Shown: positions 11,525 through 22,198, counted from the stretch's first letter. The stretch is DNA of 28,047 nucleotides from Octopus sinensis (GCF_006345805.1 NW_021834142.1:1-28047), one strand, 5' to 3'. Notes: generated from the letters alone by a model not told the origin. A program made the numbers and translations.

Positions 11525-11587
11525 TTCATTTCCTTATTTTAAACCTGACCCCACTCTTTAAATAAATTTAGTTATTGCTGCTCTTTT

Positions 11588-12250
11588 TGTTGTTGTTGTT
11601 GGTGGTGGTGGTGGTGGTGGTGGCAAAGGAGTTGATGTTGGAATGATGATAGGGGCGAGCTGTTGCTTTTTTCATGGTATTGGTGGTTTTGATGACACTG
11701 ATGATGGTGGGGTGTGATGTTGTTTTTGGAGGATGATGATGATGATGGTGGTGTTAGGGACGTTGTTGGAGGTTGTGGTGGAGCCTTTGTTTCACTTGAT
11801 GGTGGTGGTGGTGGTGGTGGTGGTGGTGGTGGTGGTAGTGGTGGTGTAGTGCAGCTGCTGACGGAGGCAGTTTTGATAGAAATGATGTTCTTATTATTGT
11901 TGATGATGATGGTGATGGTGGTGGTCGTCGTCGTCGTGATCATGGTGGTGGTGGTGGTGGTGGTGGTGGTGGTGGTGGTGGTGGTGGTGGTGGTGGTGGT
12001 GGTGGTGGTGGTGGTGGTGGTGGTGGTGGTGGTGGTGGTGTAATGCAGCTGCTGATGATGACGGAGGCAGTGGTAGTGGTGTAATGCAGCCACTGATGGT
12101 GACGGAGGCAGTGTTGATGGAGATGATGTTCTTATTATTGTTGATGGTGGTGGTGGCGGTCGTCGTCGTGATGGTCGTGGTGAGCGGCGATGCTGTCGAT
12201 GTTTTTGACGGCGGCAAAAGAGCTACTGTTATTGTTATTGTTGTTGTTGT
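11588..12250. repeat. (GGT)n/(GAT)n tract with imperfect internal repeats of GTGTA(A/G)TGCAGC..GACGGAGGCAGT
   Basis: The motif recurs at ~11844, ~12039 and ~12079 within trinucleotide arrays. Confidence 0.85.
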
Positions 12251-12709
12251 GTGGTTAGTATTATCATATTTCTTCTTTTCTTTTTTTTTTCAAATATTTG
12301 TTTTTTCATCATTTAAGTGAACAAAAAAAAAGAAAAAAAGAAAAAAAGAAATCTGTTGAAAATTTCTTTAATAGAAAATTAAATCAATTTTCCACTCTTC
12401 CTTTGAATTAATTTAAGGCTGAGCAGATCGATGAATTCCAAATATTCTACTGCTATCTATAACGGTATGAAGAACGCAAAATGGAAAACAAAATAAGAGC
12501 CACTAAGCAGCGAGAGTAAATGATTTTGTGAGCGCGATCTTATTTGCTTGAATTAACACTGATAAAAACAGAGAGGGGCTGAGATAAGAAGAGAGAAGGA
12601 AAGATTAATAGAAAGTGAAAGAGAGAAACGAAATCGAGAAGAGACATGAATAAAACGAGAGAGAGAGAGAGAAAGTATAAACAATATGGTGTATTGGCTC
12701 GCAAAATAT

Positions 12710-12955
12710 AATTGTTTCTGGTATAGGCGCAAGGTTAGAATTTAGTGGGTGAATGTTTAGTTGATTAACTTGACCCTAGTACTTGATAACTTTATTTTAT
12801 TAACCTCGGAAGGGCGAAAGACAAAGCTAACTTAATCAGAATTTGGATTCAGAATCCAAAGAGCAGGAACAAATATCACAGAATATTTTTTTGTTTTGGG
12901 TTTTTTTTTTTGGTTTTTTTGGTTTTTTTTTAACTGGTGCTCTAATGACTCCGCT
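12710..12955 (-). mobile_element. Old, diverged SINE family B copy
   Basis: Degenerate matches to family B blocks (AGGCGCAAGG, TTGACCCTAGTACT, CCTCGGAAGGGCGAAAGACAAAG, AGAATTTGGATTCAGAAT). Confidence 0.55.
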
Positions 12956-13122
12956 ACAAAAGACACGAAAGGAGAACAAGCTTTGATCGACTACACAAGC
13001 GACATTCGGTTCAGTTCCCTATGAGTGGCTTATCGAAATGTTACAAGTGAATCGATTTGATGATACCACGGCAAACTTCATTAAAACAACTAATGAAGAA
13101 GTGACAAACATTTCTTACATAT

Positions 13123-13960
13123 AATATTCTTTTCTACTCTAGGCACAAGGCCCGAAATTTTGGGGGAGGGGACCAGTCGATTAGATCGACCCCTGTATGC
13201 AACTGGTGCTTAATTTATCGACCCCGAAAGGATGAAAAGCAAAGTCGACCTCGGCGGAATTTGAACTCAGAACGTAAATCTTACATCCAATATTCTCTTC
13301 TATTCTATCCACAAGTCCCGAAACTTTTAGGGGAGGGGGCCAGCCGATTAGATTGACCCCTGTATGCAACTGGCACTTAATTTATCGACCCCGAAAGGAT
13401 GAAAGGCAAAGTCTTCCTCGGCGGAATTTGAACTCAGAACGTAAATCTTGCATACAATATTCTCTTCTATTCTATCCACAAGGCCCGAAACTTTTGGGGG
13501 AGGGGGCCAGCCGATTAGATTGACCCCTGTATGCAACTGGCACTTAATTTATCGACCCCGAAAGGATGAAAGGCAAAGTCTTCCTCGGCGGAATTTGAAC
13601 TCAGAACGTAAATCTTGCATACAATATTCTCTTCTATTCTATCCACAAGGCCCGAAACTTTTGGGGGAGGGGGCCAGCCGATTAGATTGACCCCTATATG
13701 CAACTGGTGCTTAATTTATCGACCCCGAAAGGATGAAAAGCAAAGTCGAGCTCGGCGGAATTTGAACTCAGAACGTAAATCTTACATACAATATTCTCTT
13801 CTATTCTATCCACAAGGCCCGAAACTTTTGGGGGAGGGGGCCAGCCGATTAGATTGACCCCTGTATGCAACTGGTACTTAATTTATCGATCCCGAAAGGA
13901 TGAAAGGCAAAGTCGGCCTCGGCGGAATTTGAACTCAGAACGTAAATCTTACATACAATA
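13123..13960 (-). repeat. Five-unit 167-bp tandem array of a 5'-truncated family B SINE
   Basis: AATA(TTCT) anchors at 13123, 13289, 13456, 13623, 13790 and 13957. Each unit carries the box B-like GAGTTCAAATTCC, the central domain and the tail on the minus strand. Confidence 0.95.
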
Positions 13961-14173
13961 ATAAGACAATATTAAGACTGTAAGCGTCAGCCTCACAAGT
14001 ATCATAATCCACTATTTCTGATCTTAATTTCATCCTAAGCTCCTTACGTTTAAGTGAGCAATTGATAATCCAGTTTAAGATAATATACGAAGAGAAGAAG
14101 AGCCAGGCTTAACAACCATCTTCATGAATGAGCTCAAATTGTATGTTATGAACGGCCCCAGCGTGAGAGATAC

Positions 14174-14263
14174 CTTAGTATTGAACGTAGTTTAGCAAGG
14201 ACATTACGTCCTTCTTTGGATAGAGACAAGGCAGACTGACCAGTGGAGTAGATGATTTGGAAC
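14174..14263 (-). other. Candidate 90-bp internal exon, phase 2-2 (FQIIYSTGQSALSLSKEGRNVLAKLRSIL)
   Basis: TTTCTGTATTATCTCTTTGTCCTAAAG acceptor, only one open frame, AAG|GTATCT donor. No homology recognised. Confidence 0.25.
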
Positions 14264-14309
14264 CTTTAGGACAAAGAGATAATACAGAAACTGGACAATG
14301 AGGTATTTT

Positions 14310-14722
14310 GCATATATTCTTTTCTACTCTAGGCCAAGGCTCGAAATTTGGAGGGAGGAGGCCAGTCGATTACATCGACCCCAGTACGCAACTGGTACCT
14401 TATTTTATTGACTCCGGCGAGCTGGCAGAGTCGTTAGCACGCCGGGCGAAATGCTTAGCGGTATATCATCTGCCGTTGCGTTCTGAGTTCAAATTCCGCC
14501 TTTCATCCTTTCGGGGTCAATAAATTAAGTACCAGATACGCACTGGGGTCAATGTAATCGACTTAATACCTATGTCTGTCCTTGTTTGTTCACTCTATGT
14601 TTAGCCCCTTGTGGGTAATAAAGAAATAGGTACTTATTTTATTGACTCCGAAGGGATGAAAGGCAAAGGATGAAAGGCATTTCGCCCGGCGTGTTAACCT
14701 TTCTGCCAGCTCACCGCCTTAG
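14310..14722 (-). mobile_element. Family B SINE (host), interrupted by a nested copy
   Basis: Tail part 14310-14415 and head part ~14630-14722 (..CTTTCTGCCAGCTCACCGCCTTA) are separated by an opposite-strand insertion. Confidence 0.85.
14416..14629 (+). mobile_element. Family B SINE nested in the opposite orientation, with a long TSD
   Basis: Begins GGCGAGCTGGCAGAGTCGTTAGC and ends AATAAAGAAATAG. TTATTTTATTGACTCC is duplicated at 14400-14415 and 14634-14649 (extends to ~21 bp with one indel). Confidence 0.88.
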
Positions 14723-14909
14723 ATTCCAAATATATTAAAAACTCATCCCAGCTGCAAGAACATATGTACTTCAGTTGTAATATATGGCTGTGTACCATTG
14801 CAATGGAGCGTGACACAACTAAGCTTCATAGACCGCACTTCGCAAAATCTATTTAAGGAAGCATTACATACAATACATTAAGTCTGACACCCAATAACTG
14901 TACATCTGT

Positions 14910-14952
<43 letters not shown>

Positions 14953-15310
14953 GTAGGGGATTATTGAACAATAGAGAGTAATGTAAAAAGGCAGTTATTA
15001 GTGCTCTCCTCTACCTTCCCAACCCACATGAAATCCTTCTACGTGTCTTTGTTGACGATAATAAAAATGAAAACTACTAAATCGATTATAATTGCAGCAA
15101 CAAAATTCTCACAGGAAATTGGCTTAGACTTCAAACAGCTGAAGTCTGAATCTAAAGCAGTAGTGCACACGGGCATAAGAATAATATATAGGTCAAAGGT
15201 CAACTGTGGTGGACAGCTATAACGGTAAGTCTTTACATGGTCAGTATTTTCAGGAAATGGCTGTCCCTTATATAAATACTGTTAGTAAGTTGAATAAATA
15301 CATCCAGTCT

Positions 15311-15760
15311 AAGGTGGTGAGCTGGCAGAATCGTTAGAACGCCGGGCGAAATGCGTAGCCGTATTTCGTCTGCCGTTACATTCTGAGTTCAAATTCCGCC
15401 GAGATCGACTTTGCCTTTCATCCTTTCGGGGTCGATAAATTAAGTATCAGTTACGCACGGAGATCGATATAATCGACTTAATCCGTTTGTCTGTCCTTGT
15501 TTGTCCCTTTCTATGTTTAGCCCCTTGTGGGTAATAAAGAAATAGGTATTTCGTCTGCCGCTACGTTCTGAGTTCAAATTCCGCCGAGGTCGACTTTGCC
15601 TTTCATCCTTTCTGGGTCGATAAATTAAGTACCAGTTACGCACTGGGGTCGATGTGATCGACTTAATCCGTTTGTCTATCCTTGTTTGTCCTCTCTGTGT
15701 GTAGCCCCTTGTGGGTAGTAAAGAAATAGCTATTTCGTCTGCCATTGCGTTCTAGTTCAA
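15311..15760 (+). mobile_element. Family B SINE with head plus tandemly repeated 185/184-bp body units
   Basis: Head AAGGTGGTGAGCTGGCAGAATCGTTAG; unit starts (G/C)TATTTCGTCTGCC at 15361, 15546 and 15730 (third unit partial). The central block GTCGACTTTGCCTTTCATCCTTT..GTCGATAAATTAAGTACCAG resembles, from recollection, the conserved central domain of MetaSINE-type SINEs. Confidence 0.9.
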
Positions 15761-15761
15761 A

Positions 15762-15914
15762 AGGAGGAAGACGACCTGTATCGACAATTTGCTGGAGGGA
15801 ACTGGTATGGAAGAAGTACAGGAGCTGAGGACCATAATGGACTATCGAGATAAATGGAGAAAATATGTGGAAATAGCTTTGGGGCGTCCTTCGGCACTAC
15901 CTAGATGAGGTGAG
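15762..15914 (+). mobile_element. RTE-clade LINE extreme 3' fragment
   Basis: Translation RRKTTCIDNLLEGTGMEEVQELRTIMDYRDKWRKYVEIALGRPSALPR* (stop 15906-15908) fits the RTE C-terminal pattern; followed by a short GGTGAG tail. Confidence 0.7.
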
Positions 15915-16280
15915 ACTATTTGGCAAAATTAAAGATTTACCATCCTTAAATATATGAATAAAATGCTAAACAGATATTTGTAAAACAGAATCACCACCAG
16001 ACAGAACATTATAAGCCTTATATTTTTGTATCCACCACAGCAAAAGTAATAATCGTTTAATTAATTATCGATAGACCAATACTAGATAATAATAGTGTTT
16101 CGTCCAGAAACAAACTGGAAGCTAAAGGAAGCTACTGCGAAGAACTTTTACTGTTTGTAATTAAAGATAATTAAAGATAGTTAAGGAATGTGTCTATCCA
16201 ACCATTTGTAGTTTGATACAACTGGAGAAATAGACGGCCATTTCTGTAAAGACATTAACAAATTAACTGTAATGATAGAC

Positions 16281-16369
<89 letters not shown>

Positions 16370-16427
16370 AATAATAATAATAATAATAATAATGATAATA
16401 ATAATAATAATAATAATAATGATAATA

Positions 16428-16462
<35 letters not shown>

Positions 16463-16506
16463 AATAATAATAATAATGATGATGATGATGATGATGATGA
16501 TAATAA

Positions 16507-16570
<64 letters not shown>
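16281..16570. repeat. Alternating (AAT)n/(GAT)n microsatellite
   Basis: Directly visible. Confidence 0.97.
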
Positions 16571-17123
16571 GCCCTGATGCAGTACCAGGCAGTGGCTCTC
16601 ATGGCTTCTGATCTTAACTGACTGGAAGTGTTATCATGTACATTGTTTTGTCTTGGTATAAAAGATGGGCTACAGCAAATATTCTGCTCAATACCACAGG
16701 TTTGCTTGTCAGTTGTTTGACCTTAACCAGTTGAGCATGTCCCTTAGTGGCTGACGATATGTGCATCTCTGATCACGAGCAGAAGTAGTGGGGGAGCATC
16801 ATGGCCATGTGTTGAGGGGATTCTTTGGAGTTTGAATGGTTCACCTCTGGAAACATAGGTGTTTCGTTCAACATCCTAAAGCAACCCTTATTCAGGGACC
16901 GTTTGAGCAGGATGGGCTACTCAACCTGAAGAAAATTCTAACTGGGCCCCACCTGCAAGGTCATGTGTTGTTTATCTTGATATGAGATCACCATGTCGCG
17001 CACATATGGTTGTGATGCATGTGCCTGGTGTACCTTTATCAGACGGGTAGTCATGATGGGTATATTGGGCTTCGTATATTTTACCCCAGTGTCACTTTGA
17101 TGGCATGAACTGCTCTCTCACTC
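16571..17123. mobile_element. Unclassified ~555-bp interspersed repeat in (AAT)n, copy 1
   Basis: Same boundaries as copy 2 (GC(C/T)C(T/C)GATGCAGTACCAGGC ... GAACTGCTCTCTCACTC), with (AAT)n on both sides; no ORF or tRNA head recognised. Confidence 0.7.
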
Positions 17124-17150
17124 AATAATAATAATAATAATAATAATAAT

Positions 17151-17708
17151 GCTCCGATGCAGTACCAGGCAGTGGCTCTCGTGGCTTTTGATATTAACTG
17201 ATTGGAAGTGTTATCATGTACATTGCTTTGTCTTGCTATAAAAAGATGGGCTACAGCAAATATTCTGCTCAATACCACAGATTTGCTTGTCAGTTGTTTG
17301 ACCATAACCAGTTGAGCATGTCCCTTAGTGGCTGACGATATGTGCATCTCTGATCACGAGCAGAAGTAGTGGGGGAGCATCATAGCCATGTGTTGTGAGG
17401 GATTCTTTCGGGTTTGAATAATTCACCTCTGGAAACATGGGTGTTTCTTTCAACATCCTTAAACAACCCTTATTCAAGGACCTTTTGAGTGGGATGGGCT
17501 ACTCAACCAGAAGAAAATTCTAACTGGGCCCCACCTGCAAGGTCATGTGCTCTTTATCTTGATTTGAGAGATCACCATGTCGCGCATAAAAGGTCGTGAA
17601 GCATGTGCGTGGTGTACCCTTATCAGACGGGTTGTCATGATGGGTATATTGGGCTTCGTACATTTGTACCCCAGTGTCACTTTGATGGCATGAACTGCTC
17701 TCTCACTC
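17151..17708. mobile_element. Unclassified ~555-bp interspersed repeat in (AAT)n, copy 2
   Basis: Collinear with copy 1, with many scattered substitutions. Confidence 0.7.
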
Positions 17709-17742
<34 letters not shown>

Positions 17743-17784
17743 TAATAATAATAATAATAATAATGATGATGATGATGATGATGA

Positions 17785-17872
17785 TTTCAAATTTTGGCAC
17801 AAGGCCAGCAATTTCGGGGAAAGGGTAAGTCGATTACATTGACCCCGGTACCGCTAAGCATTTTGCCCGCCT
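17785..17872 (-). mobile_element. Internally deleted family B SINE fragment
   Basis: Tail GGCACAAGGCCAGCAATTTCGGGG..GATTACATTGACCCC joined directly to the head remnant CGCTAAGCATTTTGCCCG. Confidence 0.7.
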
Positions 17873-18009
17873 TTAACCGTAAGTAACAAAAATAGTAACA
17901 AGAATAGCAATAAAAATTTTAAAAAGTTGAATTTTTTTGATGTTGTTATTGTTGTTTTCTTTTTCATCGAAAATGGAAAGCAGAGATAAAAATATAACAA
18001 TAACTATGA

Positions 18010-18063
18010 GATGATGACGATGATTATGATGATGATGATGATGATGATGATGACGACGACGAC

Positions 18064-18104
<41 letters not shown>

Positions 18105-18130
18105 CGATGACGATGATTATATTGATGCTA

Positions 18131-18161
<31 letters not shown>

Positions 18162-18333
18162 CGATGATTATATTGATGCTAATGATGATGATGATTATGA
18201 CGATGATGATGATGATGATGATGACGACGATGATTATATTGATGCTAATGGTGATGATGATTATGGCGATGATGATGATGATGATGATGACGACGATGAT
18301 TATATTGATGCTAATGGTGATGATGATTATGAC

Positions 18334-18374
<41 letters not shown>

Positions 18375-18435
18375 CGACGACAATGATGAGGATGATGATG
18401 ATGATGATAATGATGTTAATGATGATGATTATGAC

Positions 18436-18467
<32 letters not shown>

Positions 18468-18540
18468 GGATGAGGATGAGGATGATGAGGATGAGGATAA
18501 GAATGAGAATGATCATGACGAAAATGATGATGATGATGAC

Positions 18541-18572
<32 letters not shown>

Positions 18573-18675
18573 CGATGATGATGATGATGATGATGATGAT
18601 TATGATGATGATTATGATGATGATGATGATGATTAAGGCGATGATGTTGATGATGATGACGACGATGATGATGAC

Positions 18676-18706
<31 letters not shown>
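18010..18706. repeat. Long (GAT)n array with four embedded GATTATATTGATGCTAATG units
   Basis: Units at 18115, 18166, 18232 and 18298. Confidence 0.95.
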
Positions 18707-18960
18707 GCGGCGGTGGCGACGGCAGCATCAGTGCGAGTGCCTCCGGGTGTTCTTCATTAAGACGCTTCGAAACAAAAACAACAAAACGAAAACCGATGTA
18801 AGGTGGGGGGGTGTATGTAAGGGGGTGGTACACATGCACATTCAAAGAAATGCAACGGAAAGTTATGCAGGGGATAGAGGAAGGGGTTACGTAGGGGGGA
18901 AGGGGTTGCAAACTCGACAGAGGTAATGGTTATATATATAATCAGATTTTATGCAATCGT

Positions 18961-19011
<51 letters not shown>

Positions 19012-19130
19012 AGTAGTAGTGGTAGCAGCAGCAGTAGCAGCAATACAATCTACAGATTTACGCTATAAGAAGCTCTAAAATCCTAGCGGTTACGTTAGGG
19101 TTAATGTATAAGATTGATTGATTGAATGAT

Positions 19131-19433
19131 TGATGGGCTGATTGATTGATTGATTCGTTCATTCATTCATTCATTCATTCATAAATAGGTGGATACCCCG
19201 GCAGAAGATTGACAGACAGACAGACAGACAGTCAAACAGACAGACAGTGAGATAGACAGACAGACACGCAGGCAGACAGAGAGAGAGAGAGAGAGAGAGA
19301 AAGTGAGATACATATATACGTACTTAAATATAATAAACAGACTGATGCATAGATAGATAGATAGATAGATACATACATACATACATACATACATACATAC
19401 ATACATACATACATACATACATACATACATACG

Positions 19434-19506
<73 letters not shown>
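19131..19506. repeat. Compound microsatellite (ATTG/ATTC/AGAC/GA/AGAT/ACAT)
   Basis: Directly visible. Confidence 0.93.
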
Positions 19507-19508
<2 letters not shown>

Positions 19509-19914
19509 GTTAGTGTTAATATTTTCATTACATGAAACACGAAAACCCTAGACTAAATCTTACATGCCATGAAAATATAAAAATCAACAAGAAAATCCAT
19601 TTACTTCTAAACATGTCATTAACTTACATCATAAATGTTCCAACAAGAAGACGAGACGTGTTTCAGTATTATTATCACCTCATCAATGAATAGTAGAGTC
19701 TTGAGCGAGTCACCAACTCAATGTGCAATATTCTTTTCTACTCTTGGGACTTTTATTTTGTTTTTCTTCTATTTTTATTCGGTTTTAATTTTTTGGTGGA
19801 CTGTTTTTAAGAACTGCTTTTGAACTGTTTTTTTTTTTTGACATGGCAGAGAAGGAACTTAAAAAGAAAAAAATTATCCCACCCAAGCAGTGGTTAAAAG
19901 ATATGGAAGAGAGG

Positions 19915-20270
19915 ACAGTGGTTCTGGGTTCGGTCCCACTGATGGCACCTTGGGCAAGTGTATTCTACTATAGCCTCAGACCGACTAAAGCCGTGTGAGT
20001 GGATTTGGTAGACGGAAACTGAAAGAAGCCCGTCGTATATATGTATATATATATATGTGTGTGTGTTTGTGTGTCTGTGTTTGTCCCCCCAACATCACTT
20101 GATGCTGGTGTGTTTACGTCCCCGTAACTTAGCGGTTCGGCAAAAGAGACTGATAGAATAAGTACTAGGCTTACAAAGAATAATTCCTGGGATCGATTTG
20201 CTCGACTAAAGGCGGTGCTCCAGCATGACCGCAGTCAAATGATTGAAACAAGTAAAAGAGTAAAGAGAAT
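19915..20270 (+). mobile_element. SINE family A, 5'-truncated copy
   Basis: Starts just before box B (GGGTTCGGTCCC); short central (TA)/(TG) repeat; complete 3' half and tail. Confidence 0.88.
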
Positions 20271-20311
20271 ACAATATCTCCCGGGACAGAAATGATATAA
20301 GATAATGTCGT

Positions 20312-20490
20312 GTTACTCCGTCGGTTACGATGACGAGGGTTCCAGTTGATCCGATCAACGGAAACAGCCTGCTTGTGAAATTAACATAGAAGTGGCTGAG
20401 CAATCCACAGACATGTATACTCTTAACGTAGTTCCCGGGGAAATTCAACGTGACACAGAGTGTGATAAAGCTGGCCCTTTGAAATACAGG
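20312..20490 (-). mobile_element. SINE family C, 3' portion
   Basis: Collinear with ~24003-24182. Confidence 0.8.
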
Positions 20491-20505
20491 TCACTTTTGA
20501 GTGCT

Positions 20506-20614
20506 ACTGGTAACATGTAACCCAGTACAACCTGTTGCCTAGTCGGGTCGTCGGCGACTAAACTGGCAACCCCACCAAGCTTGCTTGGTGAGGAGGGTGT
20601 TTATTGGACACCCT
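20506..20614 (+). other. Structured-RNA-like segment: degenerate HDV-like ribozyme topology followed by two perfect hairpins
   Basis: P1-like ACTGGTA/TGCC(T)AGT, P2-like CCAGT/ACTGG, P3-like ACA/TGT; hairpins CACCAAGC/GCTTGGTG (20573-20590) and AGGGTGT/ACACCCT (20594-20614). L3 is too short for a canonical fold. Confidence 0.35.
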
Positions 20615-20627
20615 GCGGGATGAAAAA

Positions 20628-20629
<2 letters not shown>

Positions 20630-20669
<40 letters not shown>

Positions 20670-20783
20670 AATATATTTGTATATATATGTATATACACAT
20701 GCATATATATATGTATATATATGTACATATATATATTATATATGTATGTATGTATTATGTATATGTATATGTGTATGTATACG

Positions 20784-20861
<78 letters not shown>

Positions 20862-20880
20862 TATATATATGTATTCACAT
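20630..20880. repeat. (TA)n/(TATG)n microsatellite
   Basis: Directly visible. Confidence 0.95.
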
Positions 20881-21942
20881 AGATATCGATGATGTGGTTC
20901 GTTCCTTCTTTATCTGCAGCTAGTTTTTGCTTTAACTGACCATGTTCCTATAACAATTCATTTACTTTTAAAACTACCCTTAGTTGCTACTACCGTCTTA
21001 CTGTAGACTTTTCATGTAATTTAATCGTTCTATTTAACCATGATGAACACGTAGTTATTCTGCTAACAACAGCTCTTATGGAGGACACTCTAAATACTAT
21101 CCAACATTCTGTTTGCTTTCCTATTGGGATTTTCACAATTCACTTATTTTCCAATTTATTATGGCGGATCTTTAGTTAACTCCCGCTACATCTAGTGTGT
21201 TAATGCCAATTACTTTCTTAAGATTATCATGTTAATTATCTTTTCCTCGCTATTCCAAAGAATAATCTAATATCTCCTGTAACTATTTCTTCATTTACAA
21301 ATCTGTTCGTGTCTCCTTGTTTATCTTATCAGCTCACTCAGTTGTGTGTTATATGTATCGTCTGCTACAGCCATTCATTCTGAATGGCGTATAACTGGGG
21401 GTTTTTCTCTTTCTATTTCTATCTCTCAGTTTAGTACTTTAATGTTGTTTGATAGTTTATTTATTCGTTGGTTTGTTTCTGTTAATTGTCCACTCAAAAG
21501 GTAGCTTCAGCACAATTTTCAAAAGCCCGGTAATGGTGGAAATAATGTTACTGAATTTCTTAGACAACATCCAATTGCCATTTCCAATGGCCTTCTCCAA
21601 AGTGTATCGTTACATCAATCATATACATGACTTGCTTCGTTGGCTCTATGTCGCTAATAACGATATATATCCAGCCATGTTGAATAGTTTCGTTAAAGGA
21701 ATATTAATGCTAGACAACAATCTAAACGCTATAGAAAATTTAAGTCATTGTGCACAAGTCTGTTCCTGAATAAAATGGGTTAAATTCCACTGTTACTTGC
21801 AATTTTATTCTGTGGAGACCCCACAAGGAATGTGGGAAATTCGCAGCCACATACCTTATATGTATGAGTATGTGAAACCATAAGTAATTATACACGGAAT
21901 TCATCGGAACAATGGTTGTTTCTTCAACATATATGTATATTT

Positions 21943-21990
<48 letters not shown>

Positions 21991-21993
<3 letters not shown>

Positions 21994-22198
21994 TTCTACA
22001 ATAGGCACAGAGCCTGAAATTTTGGAGGAGGGGGCTAGTGGATTAAATCGACCCCTAATACTCAACTGGTACTTGTTTCATCGACCTCGAAAGGATTGAA
22101 TGACTAAGTCGACCTCAGTGGAATTTGAACATCAAACCGGACGAAATGCCGTACAGCATTTTGCCCGGCGCGCTTACGATTCTGTCGGCTTGCTGCCT

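Noticed and set aside
13018-13050. CCTATGAGTGGCTTATCGAAATGTTA, resembling a third hammerhead core
   Set aside because: Core is CUAUGA rather than CUGANGA, and stems I and II do not pair convincingly.
13123-13960. Regular repeat array resembling CRISPR
   Set aside because: No unique spacers; whole units are SINE-derived and the context is eukaryotic.
15192-15224. Plus-strand micro-exon candidate VKGQLWWTAIT with ACG|GTAAGT donor
   Set aside because: Weak acceptor, no phase-linked partner found, and it conflicts in strand with nearby minus-strand candidates; such signals occur by chance.
18010-18635. ~208-codon Asp-rich open frame (DDYIDANDD..), reminiscent of acidic molluscan shell proteins, and the 249-aa poly-Met ORF
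   Set aside because: Single-base variants of (GAT)n cannot create stops in these frames, so openness is expected. The Asp frame is preceded by TGA with no Met or acceptor.
19725-19750. CAATATTCTTTTCTACTCTTGG, matching the family B SINE tail
   Set aside because: Only ~20 bp; too short to list as an element.
21449-21769. 106-aa non-repetitive ORF
   Set aside because: Non-ATG start, no recognisable motif, and a length compatible with chance in unique DNA.
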